DNA of 64,000 nucleotides from Trueperaceae bacterium (GTDB lineage: Bacteria > Deinococcota > Deinococci > Deinococcales > Trueperaceae), in contig CBDCDZ010000004.1 of NCBI GenBank assembly GCA_965215565.1, positions 64,001 through 128,000 of the forward strand, given 5' to 3'. The position numbers and the translations under genes are program-made. Each line of letters opens with the position of its first letter. The stretch's first letter is position 1. This document shows, piece after piece, positions 20,394-30,317 of the stretch. The notes below the pieces were generated by a model. It was given only the letters and a program-made list of their open reading frames with translations, was not told where the DNA came from and made no database searches.

Positions 20394-21699
20394 AGTCGCC
20401 ATCGTCGGACGCCCCAACGTGGGCAAGTCGAGCCTTTTCAACCGCTTAGTCGGGCGGCGCGAAGCCATCGTCGCGGACATGCCGGGCGTCACCAGAGACG
20501 TGAAAGAGGCGAAAGTCGAGAGCGATTTGGGCGGCGCGTTCACCCTGCTCGACACGGGCGGGCTCTGGTCCAACGACACCTGGGAAGCGCCCATCAAGCG
20601 CCGCATCGAGGCGGCGCTCCATGACGTTGACTTAGTCCTCTTCTGCGTAGACGGGCGGAGCACCCTCTCGGCTGCGGACTACGAAGTCGCTGACTGGCTC
20701 CGCACCTTAAAGAAAGAGGTCTTGCTCATCGCCACCAAGATCGACGATCCGCGCCACGAGGAGAACCCCGACGTGTTCGAACTGTACGCGCTCGGCTTCG
20801 GCGAACCTCTTTTTACCTCGGCGGAGCACGCGCGCGGCACCTACGAACTCGTCGATATGGTTTTAGAGCGTCTACCGGAGGACGATGACGAAGCCGAGTC
20901 CGAAACGGTGCGCGTCGCCATCATCGGACGCCCGAATGTGGGCAAGTCGAGCCTCTTGAACGCACTCGTCGGCGACGAGCGCGTCATCGTCGCCGACATG
21001 CCGGGGACGACGCGCGACAGCGTCGACGTGCAGTTCGACTTCGGCGGGCGACCTTTCGTTTTGGTAGACACGGCGGGCATCCGCCGCAAGCCGGAGGGAG
21101 ACGTCGAGTACTACTCCAAACTCCGCAGCGAGGAGGCGCTCTTAAAGTCCGACGTGGCGGTTTTAGTCATCGACCCCTTCGAACTCGGCGATCACGAACT
21201 GCGCCTCGCGAACCTCGCGCTCTCGGCGGGCAAGCCCGTGGTGATAGCTGTAAACAAGTGGGACCTGGTCAGCGACGAGCAACTGCGCGAGTTCGAGCGT
21301 GACGTGGCGGAAGAACTCGCGCACCTCTATTTCGCACCGAAAATCTACACGAGTGCGCTCAACGCTTACGGCTTGCACGACGTTTTAGCCGCCGTCATCC
21401 GCGTGTACGACACCGCGCGCTTCCGCGTCCAGACGAGCGAGATCAACCAGTGGTTGGAGGTCTGGACCCAGCGCCAAGCCCCGCCTAACTTCAAGGGCAA
21501 GCCCCTCAAGCTCCTCTACGGTACCCAAGCTGACATCGCGCCGCCCACCTTTGTGATCTCTGTGAACAACGAGAAGTTCATTACCCGCGCCTACGAGTCG
21601 TACCTCTTGAACCGCATCCGCGAAGATTTGGGCTTCATGGAGGTCCCGATTCGGCTCGTGTTCAAGTCGAGGGCGGGCGGCAAGAGGGTGAGGACGTGA
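20386..21699 (+). CDS. der: Ribosome biogenesis GTPase Der (EngA)
   Basis: Two GRPNVGKSS G-domains plus C-terminal KH-like domain; TTG start overlapping fmt. Confidence 0.97.
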   Translation: MARVAIVGRPNVGKSSLFNRLVGRREAIVADMPGVTRDVKEAKVESDLGGAFTLLDTGGLWSNDTWEAPIKRRIEAALHDVDLVLFCVDGRSTLSAADYEVADWLRTLKKEVLLIATKIDDPRHEENPDVFELYALGFGEPLFTSAEHARGTYELVDMVLERLPEDDDEAESETVRVAIIGRPNVGKSSLLNALVGDERVIVADMPGTTRDSVDVQFDFGGRPFVLVDTAGIRRKPEGDVEYYSKLRSEEALLKSDVAVLVIDPFELGDHELRLANLALSAGKPVVIAVNKWDLVSDEQLREFERDVAEELAHLYFAPKIYTSALNAYGLHDVLAAVIRVYDTARFRVQTSEINQWLEVWTQRQAPPNFKGKPLKLLYGTQADIAPPTFVISVNNEKFITRAYESYLLNRIREDLGFMEVPIRLVFKSRAGGKRVRT

Positions 21700-21760
21700 A
21701 CATATCGACTTCCTCTCGTTGGTAGGGTAGTGGCTTGACCTGGGATGGCGCTTATGTCGA

Positions 21761-21784
21761 AGCAAGGGGTTGAAACCCCTTGTT
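21761..21784. repeat. REP-like palindrome (family D)
   Basis: AGCAAGGGGTTGAAACCCCTTGTT; identical in reverse complement at 62360-62383. Confidence 0.7.
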
Positions 21785-21857
21785 CACCTCCTATTCAGTA
21801 TGCAGAGAGAGTAGGGAATGGCAGCGTTCGGTTCAGAACCATTACCCTCTCGCTGAC

Positions 21858-23672
21858 TCAGTGCTTATCAATGACCTTGTGAAGCGCGCGCTCGAGCGTA
21901 GCGCGCCCCACATCCATCACTTCGAAATTAGCGGCGGCCTCTAAGTGGATGTCGATGCGCTCCAGCGTGCCCCCGGACGGAAGCGTGAGGGTGCCGGGGT
22001 ACTGCCCGAGCGGTTCGCCGTTGTCGATGTCCACTTCGTTATCGAGGTCTTGCCACGCGATGAGTACATAGGTGCCGGGGTCCAGTATCCCAAACTGGAA
22101 GGGCACCCTCAGCTCAGCCGAGGTCAGCGCTTGTACCCTCGAGCGGTCCATATCGAAATCTGCACACGACGCTACGCAGTAGAACGCTACGACATAGGTT
22201 GTCACTGTGCCCGTCGTCGTCGGCGGAGTAGGGTTGGACACGTCGCGCCCTAACGCCGCCGCCGCATTGACGAGCCCTGCGCCGCAGCCGTCCGGTTGAG
22301 CGCAGTCCGCGCTCGAAAGAGGTTCGGCGCTCTCTTTGAGCTTCGCCAAAATCTCGTCCGGGCTGCTGTCCGGCTCGGCGGCGAGCAGCAGCGCGGCGAG
22401 CCCAGATATGTGCGGCGCAGCCATCGAGGTGCCCTGGTAGGAGCCGTAACCGTACGCGCTGTCCTGAACAATCGTACTCAGCACGCCCGCAGGCACCTTT
22501 TCTCCGTTTTGCTCGAGCACCCGACTCGCGTCACCCCCAGGAGCCATCACGTCAACCCTAGCGCCGTAGTTCGAGTAGGGTGCCCGCGTGTTCTCCGGTC
22601 CGGTCGCGCCCACCGTGATGACGCCTTCACAGCTCGCGGGCGCGTAGGACCTCGCGTTATCGTTGTCGTTGCCCGCCGCGACGACGACCGTCACGCCCTT
22701 CGCCCGCACCCTGTCGAACGCCTCCTGCTCGCTCCGCGAACAGACGCCCTGACCGCCAAGGCTGATGTTGATGACCTGCGCCGGGTTAGGGTTGACGGGC
22801 ACTCCGACAATGCGCTCGCCCGCCGCCCACAACACGCCGCTGACCATATCGGTCAGTGTGCCCGCGCCCGTCGCGCCGATGACCCGCACCGGCACGACCT
22901 TCGCGCCCCAGCTCGCCCCGGCGACACCGCTGCTATTATTCGTGCTCGCCGCGACTGTGCCCGCGACGTGCGCGCCGTGATACGAGGTGGCTCCTCCTAA
23001 GTCGGTGGGGTCCGCGTCGTAGCCGTCGCCGTCCGCGCTGTCCTCCGGGCTCGAGACGAAGTCGTACCCCCCCAGCCACACCCCCTGCAAATCGGGGTGC
23101 GCCACCTTGCCCGAGTCGATGACCGCTACTGTAACGCCGCTCCCAACACCGTCCTCGACCTCCCACGCCGCAGGCAGGTTGATCGCGTCGTAGTGCCACT
23201 GATAGGCGTAAAGGGGGTCATTCGGCGCTTTTTGAACCCTCTTGATCGTGTTAAGCTCAGCGTAAACGACGTCGGGGCGGGCGTTCAAAGCGTCGACTAG
23301 CGCCACGGTCTCCCGCGCGTCCAACCCCTCAGCCCGGTAGAGCGCCGCGCGCGGCAAGCCCACTGCCTGCGCCCGCTGCAACTCGAGTCCTTGCGCCGAA
23401 AGCGACTGAAGCTGCGCGTCCGAGGCGAACTTGACGATGACCTCACCGGGTACAAAGGCAGGGGCGGAGGCGTTCGTACTCTCCTCTATACTGCCAACCG
23501 CACCGGGGAAGATAAGCGTGCCAGAGATTGAGCCCGGCTGTGTAGTCGGCGTGCTCGGTTTTGTACCGATAGGCATATCGCTGCAGGCCAGAAGAAGTAG
23601 AGTCACTAGCGTCGGGTAGGTGCGCCGGGCGAGGCTCGAGCCCAAAACGCGCCGCAAAGAGGTGAGGATCAT
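21858..23672 (-). CDS. S8 subtilisin-like serine protease lipoprotein (paralog of 13490-16177)
   Basis: LLAC lipobox; VAVIDSG, HGAHVAG, GTSMAAPH; same C-terminal AWQDLD module. Start uncertain. Confidence 0.9.
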   Translation of the reverse strand: MILTSLRRVLGSSLARRTYPTLVTLLLLACSDMPIGTKPSTPTTQPGSISGTLIFPGAVGSIEESTNASAPAFVPGEVIVKFASDAQLQSLSAQGLELQRAQAVGLPRAALYRAEGLDARETVALVDALNARPDVVYAELNTIKRVQKAPNDPLYAYQWHYDAINLPAAWEVEDGVGSGVTVAVIDSGKVAHPDLQGVWLGGYDFVSSPEDSADGDGYDADPTDLGGATSYHGAHVAGTVAASTNNSSGVAGASWGAKVVPVRVIGATGAGTLTDMVSGVLWAAGERIVGVPVNPNPAQVINISLGGQGVCSRSEQEAFDRVRAKGVTVVVAAGNDNDNARSYAPASCEGVITVGATGPENTRAPYSNYGARVDVMAPGGDASRVLEQNGEKVPAGVLSTIVQDSAYGYGSYQGTSMAAPHISGLAALLLAAEPDSSPDEILAKLKESAEPLSSADCAQPDGCGAGLVNAAAALGRDVSNPTPPTTTGTVTTYVVAFYCVASCADFDMDRSRVQALTSAELRVPFQFGILDPGTYVLIAWQDLDNEVDIDNGEPLGQYPGTLTLPSGGTLERIDIHLEAAANFEVMDVGRATLERALHKVIDKH

Positions 23673-23873
23673 GAAGATTAGTCTAGCGCTGCCCTCCAGG
23701 TTCCCTCTGATGAAAACTTCCCGTTGCAAAGGCGAATTATCTCACACTGGGCTAAGAAATGAACGAGCTAGACGAGGTAGTAGTCACGCTCCGCTACCCC
23801 TTCAGTCCTTGCCTACGCTTTACATCCGTTACGGCAGATACGATACGATAGAGAACGCAAAAGGAGACCCACT

Positions 23874-24969
23874 ATGACCATGCAAGAACAAAGACAACAA
23901 CTTCTCGCCCTCCGGGGGTATCTTTAACGTCGCTGGCAAAGAGGCGCGGCTAGGAGAACTCGAGCCCAGACTCAACGACCCTAACCTCTGGAACGACCCC
24001 GACGAAGCCCGCAAAGTGACGCAGGAGTCCTCGAGGCTTGGACGTATCGTCGAGAGCTACCACCGCTTAGAGAGCGACATCGAAGGCTTAGAAGAACTCT
24101 ACGAAATCGCTTCTGAAGAAGAGGTGGCGGAACTAGAGGACGAAAAAGCGTCCATTCAACAAACTCTCGACCTGCTCTACCGCGAGACGCTCTTCTCCGG
24201 TGAGCACGATGAACGCGCCGCGATTGTAACCATCACGCCAGGCGCAGGCGGCACCGAGTCCTCAGATTGGGCGGGGATGCTTTTCAGAATGTACCGCCGC
24301 TTCGCGGAGCGCCAAGGCTTCAACGTCGAACTCTTGGACGCCGTCGGCAACGACGCCGCGCCCAACGGCATTGACTACGCCCAAATTATCGTGCGCGGCG
24401 AACGCGCCTACGGGCTCCTCCAAGTCGAGTCGGGCGTCCACCGCCTGGTGAGGGTGAGCCCCTTCGACTCGCAGAACCGCCGCCACACGAGCTTCGCAGG
24501 CGTCGAGGTGATGCCTGAAATCGACGACGACATCGAGCTGAACATCGACCCGAACGACCTCCGTACGGACGTCTACCGCTCGTCGGGTCCGGGTGGACAA
24601 TCGGTCAACACCACCGACTCGGCGGTGCGCGTCGTCTACAAGGGCGGCACGCCGGACGAGATCGTCGTGACCTGTCAAGACGGCAAGAGCCAGATTAAAA
24701 ACCGCGAGAAGGCGATGACGGTCCTTCGCTCCCGCCTCTTCGAACGCGAAGAGCGCAAGAGGTTAGAAGAGCAGATGAAGGCTCGAGGTGAACAAAAAGC
24801 CATCGAGTGGGGTTCGCAAATTCGCTCGTATGTGCTCGACAAGCAGTACATCAAAGACCACCGCAGCGGTGAGACGCGCCATGACCCCAATAACGTCTTG
24901 GACGGGGATATTGAGGATTTGGTGTGGAAGGGGCTCGAGTACAACGCGCAGCAGCGCGTAGCCGCGTAA
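23874..24969 (+). CDS. prfB: Peptide chain release factor 2 with programmed +1 frameshift
   Basis: ATG 23874 after AAGGAG; CGGGGG-TAT-CTT-TAA-C at 23913-23928; +1 frame joins ORF 24016-24969, which has SPF and GGQ motifs. Confidence 0.95.
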
Positions 24970-25043
24970 AACTAGAGGGTAAAAGTTAAAGAGGTGTTGA
25001 GTTTTGCGCAGGGTGAAAACTGCGCAAACTTTATTCTCGAGGG

Positions 25044-26141
25044 GTGAAACATACTTCTTACCTCTTAAAAATTGTTGGCGTTACTGTTGTTGCGCTTTTT
25101 CTAACCCTCACTCTTGCTCAAAATCATCCCCTGGACCCTAAAAACGCTTCTGACTACGAGGCTTACCAATCAGCTTGGTTAGGGGCAACCATTGAAGATG
25201 TTCGGGAATGGCTCGAGAGTGGGGGTAACTTAAATGCTCGAGATAAGGCAGGACGGACAGCACTCATGAATGCTGTTTCCCTTAACAAAGACTTATCCGT
25301 AATCGCTATGCTCATAGAGCAAGGTGCTGACGTAAATGCACAAGACCTACAATTTGGACGCACTGCGCTGATGTATGCCGCTGCTGCTAACGACGCCCCT
25401 GATGTAATTCGATTGCTTGCCGAAGCAGGAGCGGATGTCGATACGTCGGATGTTTTAGGGCAGGCGTCATTACACATCGCTGCTCAACATAATAGCAGAG
25501 AGGTAGTTGAAGCCCTATTGGAAGCTGGAGCAGAGGCAGATGAGCGAGATTCGGACGGGAGAACAGCGCTTCAGGTAGCAATACTCAACTTGATAAACCT
25601 CTATTCTGACCCTGAAGTAATTTCAGCCCTTATTGACGCAGGAACTGACGTGAACGCTCGAGATTTTCAAAGGGAAACCGCTTTAGGGCTTGCCGCTGCC
25701 TGGGATGAAGCAGATATCGTAGAAATGCTAATAGAGGCGGGAGCTGACGTTAATGCTAGGCTCCCGACGGGAGCAACTGCGCTAATGCTAACAAGCGACC
25801 CCAATATTATTGATATGCTCGTCCAGGCTGGCGCAGACGTAGAAGCTCGCGATAACGAGGGGATAACAGCTTTGATTTCTGCTGCTGGGCTCGCTATGGA
25901 CGAAGCTGTTATAGCGCTTATAGAAGCAGGAGCAGATGTCAACGCTCAAGGACCATTAGGAAGAACAGCTTTAATGGAGAATGTGCAAGGATATAGCCCT
26001 GACACAATCCCGGCCCTTCTCAACGCAGGAGCAGATGCGAAGTTAAGAGATATTGAGGGAAAAACTGCGCTTGACTATGCCGAAGAAGGTTTCTCAAAAG
26101 GTACGGAAGCATACAGGCAGCTCGTAAAAGCGTCACGCTAA
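25044..26141 (+). CDS. Secreted ankyrin-repeat protein
   Basis: Signal peptide ending LA-Q; about nine GxTALMxA...GADVNA repeats; visibly more AT-rich than neighbours. Confidence 0.9.
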   Translation: MKHTSYLLKIVGVTVVALFLTLTLAQNHPLDPKNASDYEAYQSAWLGATIEDVREWLESGGNLNARDKAGRTALMNAVSLNKDLSVIAMLIEQGADVNAQDLQFGRTALMYAAAANDAPDVIRLLAEAGADVDTSDVLGQASLHIAAQHNSREVVEALLEAGAEADERDSDGRTALQVAILNLINLYSDPEVISALIDAGTDVNARDFQRETALGLAAAWDEADIVEMLIEAGADVNARLPTGATALMLTSDPNIIDMLVQAGADVEARDNEGITALISAAGLAMDEAVIALIEAGADVNAQGPLGRTALMENVQGYSPDTIPALLNAGADAKLRDIEGKTALDYAEEGFSKGTEAYRQLVKASR

Positions 26142-26157
26142 CCTCATCCCAATCGCT

Positions 26158-26943
26158 ATGACCGAACAAACCCAAAAAGAAATCCAAACCCAACTCCTCG
26201 AGCTACAATCCCAAGGAGAGGTCAAAATCCTCTACGCCTGCGAGTCGGGCAGCCGCGCTTGGGGCTTTCCATCTGAGGATAGCGATTTCGACGTGCGTTT
26301 CATCTACCTTCGCCCGGCTGACTGGTACTTGTCCATCGACTTAGAGCGTAAGCGCGACGTGATTGAAAGACCGATTAGCGACCAGTTGGATATAAGCGGA
26401 TGGGATTTGCGTAAGGCGTTGCAACTCTTTTATAAGTCGAATCCGCCGCTGCTCGAGTGGTTGGGCTCGCCGATTGTGTACCTCGAGCCCTACGCAACCG
26501 CCGAGAAGATGCGCGAACTCGCCAAGACCTTTTACTCCACCAAAGCCTGCATGTACCACTACAGGCACATGGCGGAGGGCAACTACCGCGAGTATCTAAG
26601 AGGTGAAACGGTCTGGATTAAGAAGTACTTTTACGTTTTGCGTCCGATTTTGGCGATTCGGTGGCTGGAGCGCGGTCTGGGTGTCGTGCCGACGGAGTTT
26701 GAAACGTTAGTTGCTGAGATTGTCGACGACGCACAGCTTCGCAGCGATATCAACGACCTCATTAGGCAGAAAAGAAGAGGTGCTGAGCCGGCGAGAGGTC
26801 CGAGGGTTCCCTCTATCAGCACCTTCATCGACGCGGAAATCGAACGGCTCGCAGGTCAAACGTTCGACGCTTACGCACAAAAACCCGACAAAGAGGTCTT
26901 GAGCACCTTCTTCCGCGAAACGCTCCGCGACGTTTGGGCTTAA
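26158..26943 (+). CDS. Pol-beta-superfamily nucleotidyltransferase (RlaP/YcgL-like)
   Basis: ACESGSRAWGFPSEDSDFDVRFIY, GWDLRKAL, KKYFYVLRP. Confidence 0.85.
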   Translation: MTEQTQKEIQTQLLELQSQGEVKILYACESGSRAWGFPSEDSDFDVRFIYLRPADWYLSIDLERKRDVIERPISDQLDISGWDLRKALQLFYKSNPPLLEWLGSPIVYLEPYATAEKMRELAKTFYSTKACMYHYRHMAEGNYREYLRGETVWIKKYFYVLRPILAIRWLERGLGVVPTEFETLVAEIVDDAQLRSDINDLIRQKRRGAEPARGPRVPSISTFIDAEIERLAGQTFDAYAQKPDKEVLSTFFRETLRDVWA

Positions 26944-28301
26944 CGCTCATCCTCCAACAAATTCGGCTCATCCGACGCCAACTCCTCCTCAATCTGCGCG
27001 TCGAGCTGCGTATCCACCGACACGTCCGCCTGCGCCCCCTCTTTAACGGCGCTGAGCGAACGAGGCTCAGGCTTGGGCTCTGACCTCTTCTCCACCTCGG
27101 GCGAGGCGGCTTCTTCTAAGCCCTTAAAGTTGGGGACTTGCTGCAAGCGAACGTTCGTAATCGGCTCGGGCATCAAGACATCCGCCTCGTCTAGCGCGGC
27201 TTTTACCAGACGCACCGCTTCGCTGCGCACCTTGTAAAAATCCGCGTCGCGCTGGTCCACCCAACCGAAGAACTTGACGATCACGTTGAAGTCGCCGAGT
27301 TCTTCGACTCTAGCGAAGGGCGTGGGGTCGTTCATCACGCCCGTCATCGCCCTGAGCGCTTCGATACCCAACTCCTGCACATAGGTGAGGTCCTCCTCGA
27401 CGTCCACCCCGACGGTGAAGTTGAACTGGCGGCGCGGGTTGCGCGTATAGTTGACGATGACGCCGTTGAAAATCGTGGCGTTGGGGATGCGCACGTGGTT
27501 GCCGTCCAGGGTCATCAGCACCATCTCGCGAGAGGTCAAGCGAATCACCTTTCCCTCGTAGTCCTCGAGCCTGATTAGATCGTTCACCGCAAAAGGTCGC
27601 CGCAAGCTCATCAGGATGCCCGCCAGATAGTTCTCCACGATGTCGCGAAAGGCGAAGCCGACGGCTAAGCCCGCCACGCCCGCCGTGCCGAGCACCGCCG
27701 TTACGACTGCCGTCGCGCCTAAAATATCGAGCGCGAGCAAGAGTCCGACGAGGACGATGGCGGTGCGCACAAAGTTACGCAAGAGGTTTTGCAGGAGTGG
27801 GTTGACGCCCAGGCGGTTAAAAAGGGCGTCCCAGCCGCTAATCAGCCTTGCGAGCAGCGCGAAGAGCAAGACCATGAGGAGCGCGACGACGAGCAGGGGA
27901 GAGTACGCCAGCAAGTCGGTCAAGTAGCTGCGGATACGTGTCAGGGCAGGCGCGAGCGTCTTGCGCAGGTTGGTCTCTTGCTCCAAGTTATCCACCACGT
28001 AAAAGACGCCCTCGACGCGCTCAGCGAGGCTCGCCGCACTCTCTCTATCGGCGGCGTTGCGCGTCGTACCCGAAAGCTGCACGACGCCCCCGTCCACGCT
28101 GACTTGCACCTCTTCTAAGCCGGGGATGGTCTCGTAGACCTCTCGCAGACGCTCGGCGATAGCGTCATCTGAGGGGCCGTCAACGGAGACGGTAGGCTCG
28201 GGTTCTGCCGGTGTTTCTTGCGCGGTAGAGACGCTCGAGAAAAGTAGGATAAAGCAAGCGGGCAAGAATAGAAAGCGGGTTAGCGGCACAAGACTCCTCA
28301 C
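26940..28301 (-). CDS. mscS: MscS mechanosensitive channel with periplasmic BON domain
   Basis: Signal peptide, BON (VSVDGGVVQLSG), GLAVGFAFRDIVENYLAG, RIPN. Confidence 0.9.
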   Translation of the reverse strand: MRSLVPLTRFLFLPACFILLFSSVSTAQETPAEPEPTVSVDGPSDDAIAERLREVYETIPGLEEVQVSVDGGVVQLSGTTRNAADRESAASLAERVEGVFYVVDNLEQETNLRKTLAPALTRIRSYLTDLLAYSPLLVVALLMVLLFALLARLISGWDALFNRLGVNPLLQNLLRNFVRTAIVLVGLLLALDILGATAVVTAVLGTAGVAGLAVGFAFRDIVENYLAGILMSLRRPFAVNDLIRLEDYEGKVIRLTSREMVLMTLDGNHVRIPNATIFNGVIVNYTRNPRRQFNFTVGVDVEEDLTYVQELGIEALRAMTGVMNDPTPFARVEELGDFNVIVKFFGWVDQRDADFYKVRSEAVRLVKAALDEADVLMPEPITNVRLQQVPNFKGLEEAASPEVEKRSEPKPEPRSLSAVKEGAQADVSVDTQLDAQIEEELASDEPNLLEDER

Positions 28302-28434
28302 AAGACTTCTCGGGATTCAGGCAAAGTAGCCCTAAGATACCTCGAGTCGCCCCTACCACTCCACGCTTCTTACTTCTACTTGCCTCCTCACGGCACACCG
28401 CGAAAGCGCCTTTAGCGCGTTAGGATGGTGAGCG

Positions 28435-29067
28435 GTGAATATCCTAGCCATCGCCGACGCCACCTCACCTTTCATCCACTCGGAGAGTTTCCCCAAGAAC
28501 TTACCGCCTTTCGACTTGGTGCTCTCCGCTGGCGATATGCCTGGTCACGTGTTGGAGTTCATCGCGACGAAAACGACGGTGCAACCCATCTACGTCTTGG
28601 GCAATCACGCCGACGGCTACCTCAAAAACCCCGACTTTTACGGCTCTCACCTCCCCGGCGGCTGCATCAATGTTCACCGCGATATCGTCGAAATAAACGG
28701 CGTCTTGATTGCAGGCTTTGAAGGAAGCGCCCGCTACCGCCCCGGACCGCATCAGTACACCGAGTGGCAGATGGCGTACTTCGTGAACCGGATGACGCCG
28801 CAGCTACTATGGAACCGCTACCGCTATGGACGAGCGGTGGATATTTTGCTCACGCACGCGCCGCCCAAGGGTCCGCACGAGGGCAAGGACTATCCGCACC
28901 GGGGCATTCCTGCCTTTAACCGCTTTGTAGAGCGCTGGAAGCCGACACTGCATGTGCACGGGCACGTTCACCTCAACGGCATCAATGAGTCTAGAGAATA
29001 CATGACCGAATCGGGTGTACGGGTAGTCAATGCGTACGAATTTACGATGATCGAGATCGACTTGTAA
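28435..29067 (+). CDS. Calcineurin-like metallophosphoesterase
   Basis: IAD, AGD, GNHA, THAPP, HGHVH motifs. Confidence 0.9.
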   Translation: MNILAIADATSPFIHSESFPKNLPPFDLVLSAGDMPGHVLEFIATKTTVQPIYVLGNHADGYLKNPDFYGSHLPGGCINVHRDIVEINGVLIAGFEGSARYRPGPHQYTEWQMAYFVNRMTPQLLWNRYRYGRAVDILLTHAPPKGPHEGKDYPHRGIPAFNRFVERWKPTLHVHGHVHLNGINESREYMTESGVRVVNAYEFTMIEIDL

Positions 29068-29246
29068 AGGTAGCTGTAAGGCGCAAGATGTACATGTGTC
29101 TACTCAACGAGGTACACCCATACCTGTTCATCTGTATAACTTCCTATGTTTATCCCGCCAAATCCTTCACAAAAGCTTTCTCTGACGTGCACCTTACACA
29201 TTCTCATGAATTCCGTTCTATCCTAAAGTCAGGAGAGGAGGTGCTC

Positions 29247-30155
29247 ATGAGCTACCTCGCGCAACGACGCGCACAACGAGAGGCTGAAAGGGTTCGCTCG
29301 AGAGCCTTCTGGCACAAGGTCTTAGACAGCTTGCGCGGCGTCGACAGCGACCTCTTACCCTTTAGCGCCGTGCAGAACCTCCACCCCAACGCCGAAAGCT
29401 ACGGCGGCACCAAAGCCATCCCCGTCGATCAGATTGTCGGCTCAGTCGACCGCTACCGCGACTTCGATCACTACTTTTTACCGAAAGTCAGCCACACCAT
29501 CGACCGCTGGGCGGGCATCCGTCAGGCGGGCCTAGAGGGCAAAGAACTCCCGCCAATCCAGGTCTATAAAGTCGGCGAGGTCTACTTCGTCAAGGACGGA
29601 CACCACCGCGTCTCGGTGGCGCGAAACGCCGGGCAGAAGTACATCGACGCGGAGATCATCGAACTGAGCGTCACCGTGCCGCCCGACTCCACGGACAGCA
29701 TCAAAGACCTCATCATCAAAGGCGAGTACGCGGGCTTTTTAGAGCAGACCAGGCTTAACCGGCTCAAACCCGATCACGAACGTATCCTCTTCACCGTGCC
29801 GGGGCGCTACGACATCCTGATAGGGCACATCAACACGCGCAAGTACTACTTAGGGCGCAACCTCCAGCGCGATGTGTCGTGGGAAGAGGCGGTCTGCTCC
29901 TGGCACGACAGGCTCTACGCGCGCGTCGTGGAGCAGATTCGCAAGTACGACGTGCTGAAACGCTTTCCAGGGCGGACCGAGGCGGACCTCTACCTCTGGA
30001 TCATGGACCACCGCTACAACCTCACGCAGCAGTTCGGCTCGGACGTCGGCTCGGAAGAGGCGACGAGGAACTTCGCGGACAACTTCGCGCCCGACTTCGC
30101 CACGCGCGCTTGGCAGCGCTTCGTGCGGAAGTGGCGTGGGCGGGTGCCTGACTGA
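29247..30155 (+). CDS. ParB/Srx-like domain + DUF4032-like protein
   Basis: IPVDQIVGSV, PPIQVYKVGEVYFVKDGHHRVS, RTEADLYLW; ATG after GAGGAGG. Confidence 0.75.
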   Translation: MSYLAQRRAQREAERVRSRAFWHKVLDSLRGVDSDLLPFSAVQNLHPNAESYGGTKAIPVDQIVGSVDRYRDFDHYFLPKVSHTIDRWAGIRQAGLEGKELPPIQVYKVGEVYFVKDGHHRVSVARNAGQKYIDAEIIELSVTVPPDSTDSIKDLIIKGEYAGFLEQTRLNRLKPDHERILFTVPGRYDILIGHINTRKYYLGRNLQRDVSWEEAVCSWHDRLYARVVEQIRKYDVLKRFPGRTEADLYLWIMDHRYNLTQQFGSDVGSEEATRNFADNFAPDFATRAWQRFVRKWRGRVPD

Positions 30156-30317
30156 AAGACAGCAATGAGTAATCCCCTTTCGGGGACGAACGGTGAGGAG
30201 CGAGCAATGAGTAAAACCCTTTAGACTCGTTGCTCGTTGCTTTCAACTCATTGCTTTTAGCGCATCGCTGTCTTAGTTCTACAGCTACCACGCTCTACGC
30301 TCTACGCATGATAAGAC

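Noticed and set aside
22296..23000. Long antisense/shadow ORFs (also 18852-19445, 35226-35762, 62824-63336 and others)
   Set aside because: They overlap well-supported genes, are expected in GC-rich DNA, and have no independent motifs.
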